DNA of 64,000 bases, taken from IMG/VR virus record IMGVR_UViG_3300032237_000764, positions 32,168-96,167 of that record; one strand, given 5' to 3'. The notes beneath the pieces are model-generated. The model did not search any database. It had not been told where the DNA came from and saw only the letters and a list, made by a program, of their open reading frames with translations. The stretch comes from a virus (lineage: Duplodnaviria; Caudoviricetes). How positions within the stretch are numbered: position 1 is the stretch's first letter; every line of letters begins with the position of its first letter. Of this stretch, positions 11,009 to 21,305 are shown piece after piece. The position numbers were made by a program, and so were the translations under genes.

Positions 11009-11851
11009 ATGAATGTTATTATAACAGGTGCAAGTCAAGGATTTGGTAGTAGTATAGCCGAGAAGTTCTTGAAAGAGGGAGCAAATATATCCATTTGTGG
11101 ACGAGATGAACAGCAATTGGCAGAACGACTGGCTTCATTAAAACAAACATACAAATCCAAAATTATTGGATATTCATGTGATGTTTCTAAAGAATACCAA
11201 GTTAAAACATTCATCGATAAATCTATTGAAGAATTACAAACAATAGATGCTATTGTTTTAAATGCGGGAATTTATGGTCCTATGGGGCCAATTGAATCTG
11301 TTGATTTTGATGCGTTTAAATATGCATTAGAAGTTAATTTATATGGTGTAGTATTGCCGTGTAAATATATCGTGCCTCATTTTAAACAAAACAATTGTGG
11401 CAAGATTATAATGATTAGTGGTGGTGGAGCAACAACACCAATGCCATATATTACAGGATATGCAGCAAGCAAAGCTGCTAGTATTCGATTCATGGAAAGT
11501 ATTTCATTGGAGTTAAAATCCTTTAATATTGATGTTAATGCAGTAGCACCGGGTGCATTGGCAACTCGTTTGGTTGATTCTGTATTGAATGCTGGACCTG
11601 AGTTAATAGGAAAAGAATTCTACGAAAAAAATCTAAAGTGGAAAAATGAAGGAGCAACTTCACCCGAATTGGGTGCAAATTTAGTTTGGTTTTTAGCTAA
11701 TTATCATAGCGATAAAATCACTGGTAAATTAATTAGTGCTCAATGGGATGATTGGAAAAATTTACCGTTACATTTAAAAGAATTGAACTCAAGTGATATA
11801 TACTGTTTGAGAAGAATTGTACCCGAAGATAGAAATAAAAATTGGAATTGA
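11009..11851 (+). CDS. Classical SDR oxidoreductase
   Basis: TGASQGFG, NAG, YAASK, VAPG. Confidence 0.9.
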   Translation: MNVIITGASQGFGSSIAEKFLKEGANISICGRDEQQLAERLASLKQTYKSKIIGYSCDVSKEYQVKTFIDKSIEELQTIDAIVLNAGIYGPMGPIESVDFDAFKYALEVNLYGVVLPCKYIVPHFKQNNCGKIIMISGGGATTPMPYITGYAASKAASIRFMESISLELKSFNIDVNAVAPGALATRLVDSVLNAGPELIGKEFYEKNLKWKNEGATSPELGANLVWFLANYHSDKITGKLISAQWDDWKNLPLHLKELNSSDIYCLRRIVPEDRNKNWN

Positions 11852-11852
11852 T

Positions 11853-12818
11853 ATGAAAATAGCAATTATAGGATGTGGATTAATTGGTCAAAAACGTGCA
11901 AAGTTACTTCAAAATGTTGATATTGCATGCGATATAAATTTAGAAAATGCCAAGAAAGTTGCTGGTTTGTTTTCGAATAGTATTGTAACAACTAATGTTG
12001 AAGACGTTGTTGCATCTGATGTGGATGTAGTATTTATTTCCGTTGCCAATTCATCATTGGCTCCAATTGCGACACGACTGGCCAGAACTGGAAAACATGT
12101 ATTATTGGAAAAACCGGGAGGTATTACTGCTGATGAATTGATAAAACTAAAAGATATTAGTTTGAAGAATAATGCTTTGATTCGTATTGGTTATAATCAT
12201 CGTTATCATCCTGCATGTTTAAAGGCATTAGAATTGATAAAACAACCAGAGTTTGGTAATATTATGTTTGTACGTGGTCGTTATGGTCATGGTGGAAGAA
12301 TTGGGTATGAAAAAGAATGGCGAGCAAATGTATCTATATCAGGTGGAGGTGAATTAATAGATCAAGGAGTACATTTGATAGATTTGGCGAGTATTTTTAT
12401 TGGAAAATTTAACACAATCGAAGGACATATACATACATATTATTGGAACATGAATGTTGATGACAACGCATTTATAAGTCTACAAAATAAAAACAAAAAC
12501 ACAGCATGGTTACATGTCAGTTGTACCGAATGGAAAAATACATTCAGTTTTGAAATATATGGCACAAATGCAAAGTTACATTGGGAAGGTTTGGGTGGTA
12601 GTTATGGTGTTGAACGTTTAACACACTATCAAATGTTACCACAAATGGGTCCACCACAAACTATAACATATGAATATCCAATGGGCGACAATTCATGGAA
12701 AATAGAAATGGATGAATTTTTTGAAGATATTCGATTGCAACGTCAACCTATTCCCGGTTTGAATGAAGGAATTGAAACATTAAAAGTCGTCGATACATTA
12801 TACAAACAAAAAATATGA
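11853..12818 (+). CDS. Gfo/Idh/MocA oxidoreductase (LmbZ-like candidate)
   Basis: MKIAIIGCGLIG, LLEKP, GYNHRY, GGELIDQGVHLID. Confidence 0.9.
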   Translation: MKIAIIGCGLIGQKRAKLLQNVDIACDINLENAKKVAGLFSNSIVTTNVEDVVASDVDVVFISVANSSLAPIATRLARTGKHVLLEKPGGITADELIKLKDISLKNNALIRIGYNHRYHPACLKALELIKQPEFGNIMFVRGRYGHGGRIGYEKEWRANVSISGGGELIDQGVHLIDLASIFIGKFNTIEGHIHTYYWNMNVDDNAFISLQNKNKNTAWLHVSCTEWKNTFSFEIYGTNAKLHWEGLGGSYGVERLTHYQMLPQMGPPQTITYEYPMGDNSWKIEMDEFFEDIRLQRQPIPGLNEGIETLKVVDTLYKQKI

Positions 12819-13795
12819 TTATTGTAAGATCACCATTACGTATTAGTTTAGGAGGAGGCGGAACTGATTTACCATCTTATTATGCAAAATTTGGTGGATA
12901 CTTTATTTCGGCGGCAATCAACAAATATATTTACATTACATTGAATGATAATTTTTCAGATCAATTAATTGTAAAATATTCAAAGATGGAAAAGGTAGAC
13001 GATTCAAATAAAATTGAACATCCTATTTTACGTGAAGCATTTGCATTGACGCGAACCAAAGGAGTTGGATTAGAGTTGTGTTCAATGGCAGATATTCCGT
13101 CGGGCACAGGTTTAGGATCATCTAGTAGTTTTACAGTTGCTGTATTAAAAGCTTTACATGTTTATAATCATAATATCATTAGTACACACACTTTGGCAGA
13201 ACAAGCATGTGATATTGAAATCAATAGACTAAAAGAACCTATTGGAAAACAAGATCAATTTATATCAGCATATGGTGGTATTACAGAGTTTGATATTGAT
13301 ACCAATGGTAATATAAATGTAAACCCCATTCCATTATCGAACGATACGGTAAATGATCTTAGTGAAAATTTACTATTGTTTTTTACTGGATATTCGCGTT
13401 CTGCATCTCATATTCTAAAAGAACAAGATCAAAAATCAAAAAATTCAGATGAGGAAATGTTCAAAAATTTACATTACGTAAAACAAATTGGTGTTCAAAG
13501 TTACAAAGCATTTACAAGTGGAAATTTAATTGAATTTGCCAATTTAATGAATGAGCATTGGGAATATAAGAAAAGTCGTAGCAAAAACATGAGCAATGCG
13601 CATATTAATGCATGGTATGATTTGGCGTTAAAAAATGGCGCATTGGGTGGTAAACTTATAGGTGCTGGTGGTGGAGGATTTTTAATGTTTTATGCAGAAA
13701 ACAAAAAAAATCTTCGTAGAGTTATGCGTGAAGCAGGATTAACGGAAGTTCATTTTACATTCGATTTTGAAGGAACAAAACAAATCTTAGCATGA
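12815..13795 (+). CDS. GHMP sugar-1-kinase (HddA/LmbP-like)
   Basis: PLRISLGGGGTD, PSGTGLGSSS, GKQDQ, GAGGGG. Confidence 0.9.
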   Translation: MIIVRSPLRISLGGGGTDLPSYYAKFGGYFISAAINKYIYITLNDNFSDQLIVKYSKMEKVDDSNKIEHPILREAFALTRTKGVGLELCSMADIPSGTGLGSSSSFTVAVLKALHVYNHNIISTHTLAEQACDIEINRLKEPIGKQDQFISAYGGITEFDIDTNGNINVNPIPLSNDTVNDLSENLLLFFTGYSRSASHILKEQDQKSKNSDEEMFKNLHYVKQIGVQSYKAFTSGNLIEFANLMNEHWEYKKSRSKNMSNAHINAWYDLALKNGALGGKLIGAGGGGFLMFYAENKKNLRRVMREAGLTEVHFTFDFEGTKQILA

Positions 13796-14484
13796 GTAAT
13801 ATACCATTTATTATATTAGCTGGCGGATTAGCTACTAGATTAAAACCTATTACTAATACAATTCCAAAGGCATTGGTGCCTGTGGCTGGTAAACCGTTTA
13901 TCTATCATCAGTTGGAATTACTAAATGAAAACGATATCAATCATGTGGTGTTGTGTCTTGGTCATTTGGGAGAAATGGTAGAAAAAGAAGTTGGAAACAG
14001 TTATAAAAACATAAAAATTGATTATTCTTACGACGGCGAAAAATTGCTTGGAACAGGTGGCGCAGTTAAAAAAGCAATCGAAAACGTTGATGATGTGTTT
14101 GGCGTTTTATATGGTGATTCTTATTTACCAATTATTTATAAGCACGTAATTGATTATTATAATGTTTGTAAAAAACTAGGATTGATGACTGTCTATGCCA
14201 ATGATAACAAATATGATACTAGTAATACTGTGTTTCAGCATAAACAAATATTAAAGTATAGTAAAACTGAAATTCTACCTGAAATGAATTATATTGATTA
14301 TGGGTTTAGTATTTTGCATAAATCTGCATTTGATTCATTCACTGATGCTTTTGATCTATCAAAAGCAATAATCCAGCTAATTGAACAAAATCAACTAGCT
14401 GGATATGAGGTTTATAACCGATTTTATGAAATTGGATCTTTTAAAGGTCTTTATGAATTGGAATCAAAGTTGCAATCCAGATGA
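13792..14484 (+). CDS. Sugar-1-phosphate nucleotidyltransferase (HddC/LmbO-like)
   Basis: ILAGGLATRL, PKAL, LGTGGA, YGDSY, EIGS. Confidence 0.9.
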   Translation: MSNIPFIILAGGLATRLKPITNTIPKALVPVAGKPFIYHQLELLNENDINHVVLCLGHLGEMVEKEVGNSYKNIKIDYSYDGEKLLGTGGAVKKAIENVDDVFGVLYGDSYLPIIYKHVIDYYNVCKKLGLMTVYANDNKYDTSNTVFQHKQILKYSKTEILPEMNYIDYGFSILHKSAFDSFTDAFDLSKAIIQLIEQNQLAGYEVYNRFYEIGSFKGLYELESKLQSR

Positions 14485-15177
14485 TTTGGCATCAGTATAA
14501 AACATTTGAACTGTCTCAATTGTATACTCGGTTAGATTTTTATTCTGTAATGATAGTTTTTTGATTTGATCTGGCGTAACTGTAATAATATCACAACCTA
14601 TACGATCAGCTTCATAAATATTATATACTTCTCTGGTACTTGCCCATAATATTTCACATTGATCTTTTAATAAAGCTTGCGCTAAGTTAATCGTACAAAT
14701 AGGATTTCTACCCGTGTCTGCAATGCGTCCGGCAAAAATAGATACTATGTTTGTTTTATTCGGTGCAGATGGTAAATGATCTTTTAATAATAATAGTTGA
14801 TCAAGTGTAAACACCGCAGTTACGTTGACTTTGACATTGTTTTCATTCAGTTTGTATATCAGATCATGTGTACTTTCTCCCAATGTATTAACAATAGGAA
14901 TTTTAACATGAATGTTTTCACCAAAAGAAGCAATTTTTTGTGCTTGATATAACATTCCGTGATAATCGTCTGCAAAAACCTCAAATGAGATTGATAAATC
15001 TTTAATTTTTGAAGTTACTTCTTTAATAAATTTTTCATAATTAGTAACACCGGCTTTTTTCATCAAACTAGGATTTGTTGTAAATCCTTTTACTAATTTG
15101 TTGTTTTCATATAAATCAAATATTTCATTGATATTTGATCCGTCTGCAAATATTTTAATATTCATAAGACAATCCAT
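14464..15177 (-). CDS. tal: Transaldolase (small TalC/FSA type; LmbR-like candidate)
   Basis: FAD, GFTTNPSL, VKIP Schiff-base Lys, NVTAVF, LWASTRE. Confidence 0.9.
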   Translation of the reverse strand: MDCLMNIKIFADGSNINEIFDLYENNKLVKGFTTNPSLMKKAGVTNYEKFIKEVTSKIKDLSISFEVFADDYHGMLYQAQKIASFGENIHVKIPIVNTLGESTHDLIYKLNENNVKVNVTAVFTLDQLLLLKDHLPSAPNKTNIVSIFAGRIADTGRNPICTINLAQALLKDQCEILWASTREVYNIYEADRIGCDIITVTPDQIKKLSLQNKNLTEYTIETVQMFYTDAKSSGLQL

Positions 15178-16057
15178 TAACTATTAAGTGCAATACAATT
15201 CCTTGCCATTCTTCTGCATGTGGTGTAACTCTACTATTATCCACAACAGGTATTAGTAAGCATACATCCGACAATTCTTTAGCTTTGCCACCCCCACGAC
15301 TAACAACAGATAATATGGTTCCTTTACAAGATTTTGTATATTCCATCGCTTTAACTAAATTTTGTGAAGTTGTATTGCTACCTCCACCCACACTAAACAC
15401 CAATAAAATATCATTTGCGTTTAATTTTGATGTTTTAAGCCATTCTGAATAGCAAGTGTCCCAGCCAACATCATTGATTCTGGCAGTTAGCTCAGCAACA
15501 TTTTCAGAAATAGAATATGTTTCAATGTTACAGATTTTTCTAAAATCGTTCACAGCATGCGCTGCATTAGCAGCACTGCCACCTACACCGGCCATAAAAA
15601 TTCTACCATTTTGTTGCTGGCATTTTTTAATAGTAGATAACAACAAATTTAAATCTTTTTGATTGATAAGATCTGCGATTTGTTTTACTTCGGATAAATA
15701 TTGTTGAATATAAGCAGCGGCATTCATAATTGGTATTTTTATATTATTTTGTTCTCTCCATGTTTGTGCGTTTATGGCTTTATCATCGATAAATAGATCA
15801 AAATGTGGTTTATTTTTATCAATCAATTCATGATATTTGACTCCCCAGTTATTGAGTTGGGAAAGATTCAATTCGTGATAGTCAATTTTAGAAGTTCCGC
15901 CTCTTGCTGTATATATGATAATTTTATTACCAGTATCATACAATTCGTTTATTTTATTCACTACTTCTTGATAAGGATACGCATCCTTATAATTTTTACC
16001 GATGGTATGGCAGATTGTATTATCTAAATCAAAACAATAAGTAATAATATTTTTCAT
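15155..16057 (-). CDS. Fusion of HAD-IIIC phosphatase and SIS (GmhA-like) sugar-phosphate isomerase
   Basis: N-terminal FDLDNT..YTARG..KP..FIDDKA; C-terminal GVGGSAANAAH, ND..W, FSVGGG, HAE. Confidence 0.85.
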   Translation of the reverse strand: MKNIITYCFDLDNTICHTIGKNYKDAYPYQEVVNKINELYDTGNKIIIYTARGGTSKIDYHELNLSQLNNWGVKYHELIDKNKPHFDLFIDDKAINAQTWREQNNIKIPIMNAAAYIQQYLSEVKQIADLINQKDLNLLLSTIKKCQQQNGRIFMAGVGGSAANAAHAVNDFRKICNIETYSISENVAELTARINDVGWDTCYSEWLKTSKLNANDILLVFSVGGGSNTTSQNLVKAMEYTKSCKGTILSVVSRGGGKAKELSDVCLLIPVVDNSRVTPHAEEWQGIVLHLIVNGLSYEY

Positions 16058-16058
16058 A

Positions 16059-16757
16059 TTAACTAATTTTATAATCTTTTGCCGCCGTATATTTTTTTTC
16101 TTTTTCTTCTATTTCTTTTGTAATAGAAGAACTTGTTTGATCTTCATGAATTCTATTGACCACTGTTATATAATTACATATACTTGGCAAACCGAATCTA
16201 TCATATAATCTTTTATAATAATCAACATCCATTAACCAACATAAATTTTCATCAAATTCAATGACATTTTCATTTTTAAACATTAATACACTCGGCGAAC
16301 TTATTGTATTTTCTCCATGTTGAATATTATCATGATATTTTGGATAGTGTTCATTAAAAAAATGAACCGAATTCTTAGTATGACAACAAGCTGTGACTAA
16401 CCAATGATTTGAATTGCTTAATATATGAAATAGTTGCAGTTCTAAACTTTGCGTTCCAAATAAAAAATCATCTTGATACAATATTTTTATAAAATCTCCG
16501 TTTGCTTTTTTTATTGCAAAATTAGTATTTTGCGACATTCCATATTTTTCTCGATTTCTAAAATATTTTATATTCAATCTATCATTCCATTTTTTACATA
16601 AATTTTCTATTTCATCATTTTTACTATTATCTGATATAATAATATTAAAATTTTTATATGTTTGTGAATGTAGTATGTTAAATGAATAATTTAAATATCC
16701 TACCCCACTTCCATTCATTTCATATGTTGGGATACATATACTAATTAGAGAATTCAT
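16059..16757 (-). CDS. Glycosyltransferase family 2
   Basis: ISICIPTY, ISDNS, LYQDD, LMDVD. Confidence 0.85.
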   Translation of the reverse strand: MNSLISICIPTYEMNGSGVGYLNYSFNILHSQTYKNFNIIISDNSKNDEIENLCKKWNDRLNIKYFRNREKYGMSQNTNFAIKKANGDFIKILYQDDFLFGTQSLELQLFHILSNSNHWLVTACCHTKNSVHFFNEHYPKYHDNIQHGENTISSPSVLMFKNENVIEFDENLCWLMDVDYYKRLYDRFGLPSICNYITVVNRIHEDQTSSSITKEIEEKEKKYTAAKDYKIS

Positions 16758-17406
16758 AAGTTATAAATCTTTTATCAAAAATATACGGTTCTAATCTTTC
16801 TACAATCCACGGCATTCTTTCGTGGGTTTCTAATAATTCTACTAGTTTACAATAAAATTGTTTGCTTCTAATATGTACCGTTTCTTTGGAAACACAAAAA
16901 TGTCCACCGGGAATAAATTCATATTCATTTGGAGTTTTTGACTTAAATAAAACATTCCAAATCTCATTGATATTTAAATTTTTTTCATGGGGATAACCAT
17001 TACTACTACAGGCTAACACATTTCCAGAAAAAAATTGTTGTGATTTATGTAAATTCCACATAGTTCCTATCGAATTCCAATGATATCCTTTATAACCATC
17101 AAATTTTAAACTTGCATAATTGTTTCTATATTCTTCGTTGCCATTAATTAATTCGATGTAATTTTCAACATGGTCAAAAGGATAATCTTGAGAGAAAAAT
17201 ATTGTATCGGACAATTCATCATAATTTTTATATAAATGATTGAAAAAAGTATGAACGTCTCTACCAACATTGTTTTCTAATAAAATTTCTTTAGGATGTG
17301 TTGTTAAATTACCTTTTCTATAAATTATAATTTTAACATCTGAATTTATTTTTGAAATCCAAGAAATGTTTTTATCATAAAGCGATATTATTAATTCTGT
17401 GTTCAT
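16741..17406 (-). CDS. DUF3431-like protein (putative GT-associated)
   Basis: NVGRDVHTFFNH, FSQDYPFDH, GGHFCVS, ERL. Confidence 0.7.
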   Translation of the reverse strand: MNTELIISLYDKNISWISKINSDVKIIIYRKGNLTTHPKEILLENNVGRDVHTFFNHLYKNYDELSDTIFFSQDYPFDHVENYIELINGNEEYRNNYASLKFDGYKGYHWNSIGTMWNLHKSQQFFSGNVLACSSNGYPHEKNLNINEIWNVLFKSKTPNEYEFIPGGHFCVSKETVHIRSKQFYCKLVELLETHERMPWIVERLEPYIFDKRFITYEFSN

Positions 17407-18236
17407 ATTTGAATCCATTCTGTTGGAATTAAATCTATGGTATTTAAATTATTAAATGATGGACCAAACCATTTTTTTGGTGCAATTACTATTTTCTCTG
17501 GATTTGGATTTAACCACGCCCCCCACCATCCAAATGTACTATTTCCTATTATATTGTGTGTGCATAACGACATTATACACAAATCAACATAATGAGAATT
17601 TCCCTCTACATAATAAATTGATTTATTTTCTCCAAAAACATTTTTACACCAATCAATGTCATCCGAAAATATAAAATATTGATACTCTTTATTATCATAA
17701 ACTTTATTTATGGCATTTTGATAGTAATCTACTTCCATTATAGGAAATTTATCTTGAATTCCGAGATAATCTCCTATTCTTACATGAATTGAAACAATAT
17801 CTGTTTTTTTATTTTTATTTATTATTTCTAATGCTTTATTTTGAATTTCTTTTTTAAATTGTAATTTTTCTCTTACAATATTTGTAGCGTGTTTAAAATA
17901 TTTCTCGCTTTGAAAGTATCCTTCCAAATTTGTATTGTCTTTAATATTAAAGACATTTTTATCAAAATGAAAATGGGATTCTTTATAGGTATTTTCTAAT
18001 GTCGCACCGTTATTATCTTTAATATCAATATCAAAACAATCAAATAAATCAAGTTTATAACTTATCCATTTGTTTGTAGACATATCTAAACAACCGTTTG
18101 GTTTAATATGTTTATTTTTTTCAATCGGTATTGATGGAATAAAATTATTTTTATGGGCAACTCCAAATAAAGTAGCTATTTGAAATAATTGATTTCCTAA
18201 TCTGCCGTCATATCCGATATTATTGATACTTATCAT
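17403..18236 (-). CDS. GT11 alpha-1,2-fucosyltransferase-like
   Basis: GRLGNQLFQ, GYFQS, HVRIGDY, FSDD, NSTFGWWGA. Confidence 0.9.
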   Translation of the reverse strand: MISINNIGYDGRLGNQLFQIATLFGVAHKNNFIPSIPIEKNKHIKPNGCLDMSTNKWISYKLDLFDCFDIDIKDNNGATLENTYKESHFHFDKNVFNIKDNTNLEGYFQSEKYFKHATNIVREKLQFKKEIQNKALEIINKNKKTDIVSIHVRIGDYLGIQDKFPIMEVDYYQNAINKVYDNKEYQYFIFSDDIDWCKNVFGENKSIYYVEGNSHYVDLCIMSLCTHNIIGNSTFGWWGAWLNPNPEKIVIAPKKWFGPSFNNLNTIDLIPTEWIQI

Positions 18237-18275
18237 TTATTTTATATTATTTTTTAATCTAATTTATAATTTTTA

Positions 18276-18944
18276 TTATAAGCTAAATCCTAAATTTTCT
18301 TCGATTGTAAAAAGTTTATTATACTTTAAATTTGTTTCAACTTGTTTTTCAATAGTTTTATTGTGATGTAATGCAAAGTCAAAAGAAGCTGGTAAATATG
18401 TAAATGATTTAGCACCTTCAATTTTTTCATGCAATCGTCGTCCCCATCTAAGATGGGGTAGATTTTTAAACAATCTACCCTGTGGATCTGGCCAATTTAC
18501 GATTGATCGATTTTCATAATTTGTTAATCGCCAACCCCATCGATTTGCAATTTCGGGTGTAACGCCTTTAAAATCATTTATACGAGGAATCCAAAACAAT
18601 TCTATGGATTCATTTGCTATGATGATTTCATATAAATTACTTAATAATATTTCAGATGGTAATTCATCTGAATCTATTTGAAATATATATTTTCCTTTAC
18701 ATAACGCTTTACCATAGTTTTTGTGTGCGCTGTAGTTATTATCTAATTTATGTTGATGAATAGATACACCATCTGTTGTTTTATAACTGTTTAAATAATT
18801 TATTGTAACATCATCAGTGGAAAAATCATCAATTACTACGATTTCATTATTTTTATTGTATTTCAACAATAGATCGATTAATTGTTTAAATTGATCGCCC
18901 TCGTTTTTACACGTTACTAAATAACTAACAAATGAGGTTTCCAT
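18276..18944 (-). CDS. Glycosyltransferase family 2
   Basis: IDDFSTD, QIDSDE, WPDPQGR, LHE. Confidence 0.85.
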   Translation of the reverse strand: METSFVSYLVTCKNEGDQFKQLIDLLLKYNKNNEIVVIDDFSTDDVTINYLNSYKTTDGVSIHQHKLDNNYSAHKNYGKALCKGKYIFQIDSDELPSEILLSNLYEIIIANESIELFWIPRINDFKGVTPEIANRWGWRLTNYENRSIVNWPDPQGRLFKNLPHLRWGRRLHEKIEGAKSFTYLPASFDFALHHNKTIEKQVETNLKYNKLFTIEENLGFSL

Positions 18945-18946
18945 AA

Positions 18947-20260
18947 TTATATTTTATTCAAATTGGGTAATTCAATCTTTTTGAGTTTTGGCAATACAAT
19001 TTTCTTTTCAATTGCAAATTCTGGAACATATCTGTCTAAATAGTTATGCAGAATTTTATCAGTGGCTTCCATGCTGAATTTTTCCATATTTTCGATACGC
19101 AATTTTTCAGCATTGTCTTTGATAGATTGTGTTAAATTATAAAACATGGTTTTAAACTTATCTTCAGCTAGACCGTATGAAACAGTGAACCAACTGCTTT
19201 CTTTAATAATCCATTCATTTGCAGATGCAGGATCAACTTGTTTTACATTTCCTTGCAATAATTGAGCATATTTTGGATTCAAGAAATCCAAATGTCCACT
19301 CCAATTACTTGCTAAAATTGGCTTGCCGCTCAAACTTGCAAGCAACAATGGATGTCCATAACCTTCGCCGTGTGTGAAACTAACGTGTGCTTTAATCTTT
19401 TCATGATTAAAAAGAGCATTCATTTCTACATCACTAAGTTCTCCGTGTAACAGATATACACTTGGCAAATCACCACCAACTTCTTTTTTAATTGCGGCAA
19501 TACGCGCCAAACATGCATCTCTATCTGTAATAGAGAAATTCACTCCGCTTGTTTTCAAAATCAAGCAAGGGCGTTCGCCCTTACGATCTTTGAATGTATT
19601 ACAGAATGTTTTGATCAAGTTACCAATATCTTTACGATCATTATATAATCCGTTGAAATTTGTCCATTGACCAACAAACAAAAATGCAAAGTTTTCAGAA
19701 ATATTACTTAATGCAGCTTCTACAGTAGCAATCTTTTCATCAGTCTTTTTAAATATTTTTGTATCTGCTCCCCACGGAGTAACTTCCATTGGTTTGCTCA
19801 TTAATAGTGGCTCAGTACGTCCATCTGGAAAATTCTTAACAAAATTAGTTTTTTCAAAAATTTCTTTTGAAAATGTGCTAGTTACAAAATTTACATTCAT
19901 CCGATTCAAACCTTCAAGCCAATCCCCACGTGCAATAGTAGTTTCAATACCAGCAGTCATGCCAATATTATATTTTGCAGGTGCTTGAAATTCATTCGGA
20001 ATTGTCATTTGAATGAATATTTCTGGTTGTTTTTGTAATGGTGATCGTAAAATGCGATTTCCCAATTCAATCGCTTCATGATCATTCGGATCAATATCAG
20101 CAACATTGAGTTTGCGAGGCGTACCACCCCAAGGAGTAGGAATGATAAATAGTTCAAATTTGTTATATCTTAACAAGCTTTTTCCCACTGCCATTGCCCA
20201 TTCACCATATCCACTGCGAGTAAAAATAGGACTTTGAAATATACAAATTGGTTTGCTCAT
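18947..20260 (-). CDS. GT-B (GT4-like) glycosyltransferase
   Basis: RSGYG, FLFVGQW, DRKD, HGEGYGHPLL. Confidence 0.82.
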   Translation of the reverse strand: MSKPICIFQSPIFTRSGYGEWAMAVGKSLLRYNKFELFIIPTPWGGTPRKLNVADIDPNDHEAIELGNRILRSPLQKQPEIFIQMTIPNEFQAPAKYNIGMTAGIETTIARGDWLEGLNRMNVNFVTSTFSKEIFEKTNFVKNFPDGRTEPLLMSKPMEVTPWGADTKIFKKTDEKIATVEAALSNISENFAFLFVGQWTNFNGLYNDRKDIGNLIKTFCNTFKDRKGERPCLILKTSGVNFSITDRDACLARIAAIKKEVGGDLPSVYLLHGELSDVEMNALFNHEKIKAHVSFTHGEGYGHPLLLASLSGKPILASNWSGHLDFLNPKYAQLLQGNVKQVDPASANEWIIKESSWFTVSYGLAEDKFKTMFYNLTQSIKDNAEKLRIENMEKFSMEATDKILHNYLDRYVPEFAIEKKIVLPKLKKIELPNLNKI

Positions 20261-20583
20261 AGGTTATTTTCCTTTTCTTTCATTAAATCACTATATTTCT
20301 TTTCTGAAGTATACACAGGATTTTTCTTATAATTTTTAATCATATCAACCAATGTTTCTTCTGGAACAATTGGAGTATTGCCTGACTCATCATTGACATT
20401 AAAATTTAAATTTGTAAATTTTAATTTTGCTTCCAATATTTTTTCTTTATTTTTAATAGTTTCATATATTATTATTTTACTATCATTTAATATACCAGAA
20501 TTTAATATACTATTAACTGTGAGAAATTCCCACAGTTCAATTATTAAATTATAATTTCCAGAAACATATATTTTATTTTTCAT
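20257..20583 (-). CDS. Hypothetical protein
   Basis: 108-aa ORF coupled to both neighbours. Confidence 0.5.
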   Translation of the reverse strand: MKNKIYVSGNYNLIIELWEFLTVNSILNSGILNDSKIIIYETIKNKEKILEAKLKFTNLNFNVNDESGNTPIVPEETLVDMIKNYKKNPVYTSEKKYSDLMKEKENNL

Positions 20584-21265
20584 ACCACCATTTAATATTT
20601 TTTATTTTTTCTTCAAATTGATTTATATCTAATGCATTTTTAAATGAATTTACACCAAAACAACACCATACAACATTTTTTATAATATAACCCTTTTTAG
20701 GATTTAATCTATCAATTGATGGCGCATCCCATCGTTGGAATCCCATATATTTTCCAGATGATACCATTTTAATTTTAGTATAAAAACAATCCCCGTTTTG
20801 TGCATTCCATAAATTTATTAAATATTTTGGAGTCAGATTAAAGTTGACGTTTTTTATTTTTGCTTGTTTTTTAATTGCATAACATCTTTTGGTAATATAT
20901 TTTTCAATATTAGTGTAAAATAAAGTTTTATAGGCTTTTAATCTTTTTTTTTCACACTTAATTACGGACGGATGTGAATTGAAACAGTTTTTACATAATT
21001 TTCCTACATTTCCAGATGTATTTTTATTTTTTGGAAATTCTTCTAATTTTTTCCAAATTTTACATTTAAAACAGTGTTTTGTATTTCCTATTACACTTTT
21101 ACATTGATGTAATTTTTGAATATATCTATATTCCCGTAAAAATATTTCGTTACATCCGAAACATTTTACAACTACTTTATGATGTGAACCGGGACTCAAT
21201 AAAGAACTATCATAACCAAACTTTTCCAGTGTTAGTTTTTCTACTAATTGTATTTTATTTCTCAT
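20573..21265 (-). CDS. HNH-like homing endonuclease with Zn-finger N-terminus
   Basis: CxxC pairs; C-terminal APSIDRLNPKKGY..NVVWCC..VN..K. Confidence 0.72.
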   Translation of the reverse strand: MRNKIQLVEKLTLEKFGYDSSLLSPGSHHKVVVKCFGCNEIFLREYRYIQKLHQCKSVIGNTKHCFKCKIWKKLEEFPKNKNTSGNVGKLCKNCFNSHPSVIKCEKKRLKAYKTLFYTNIEKYITKRCYAIKKQAKIKNVNFNLTPKYLINLWNAQNGDCFYTKIKMVSSGKYMGFQRWDAPSIDRLNPKKGYIIKNVVWCCFGVNSFKNALDINQFEEKIKNIKWWYEK

Positions 21266-21305
21266 CCTAAATAAATATCATTGTAATCGATAAAATACTT
21301 TTATT

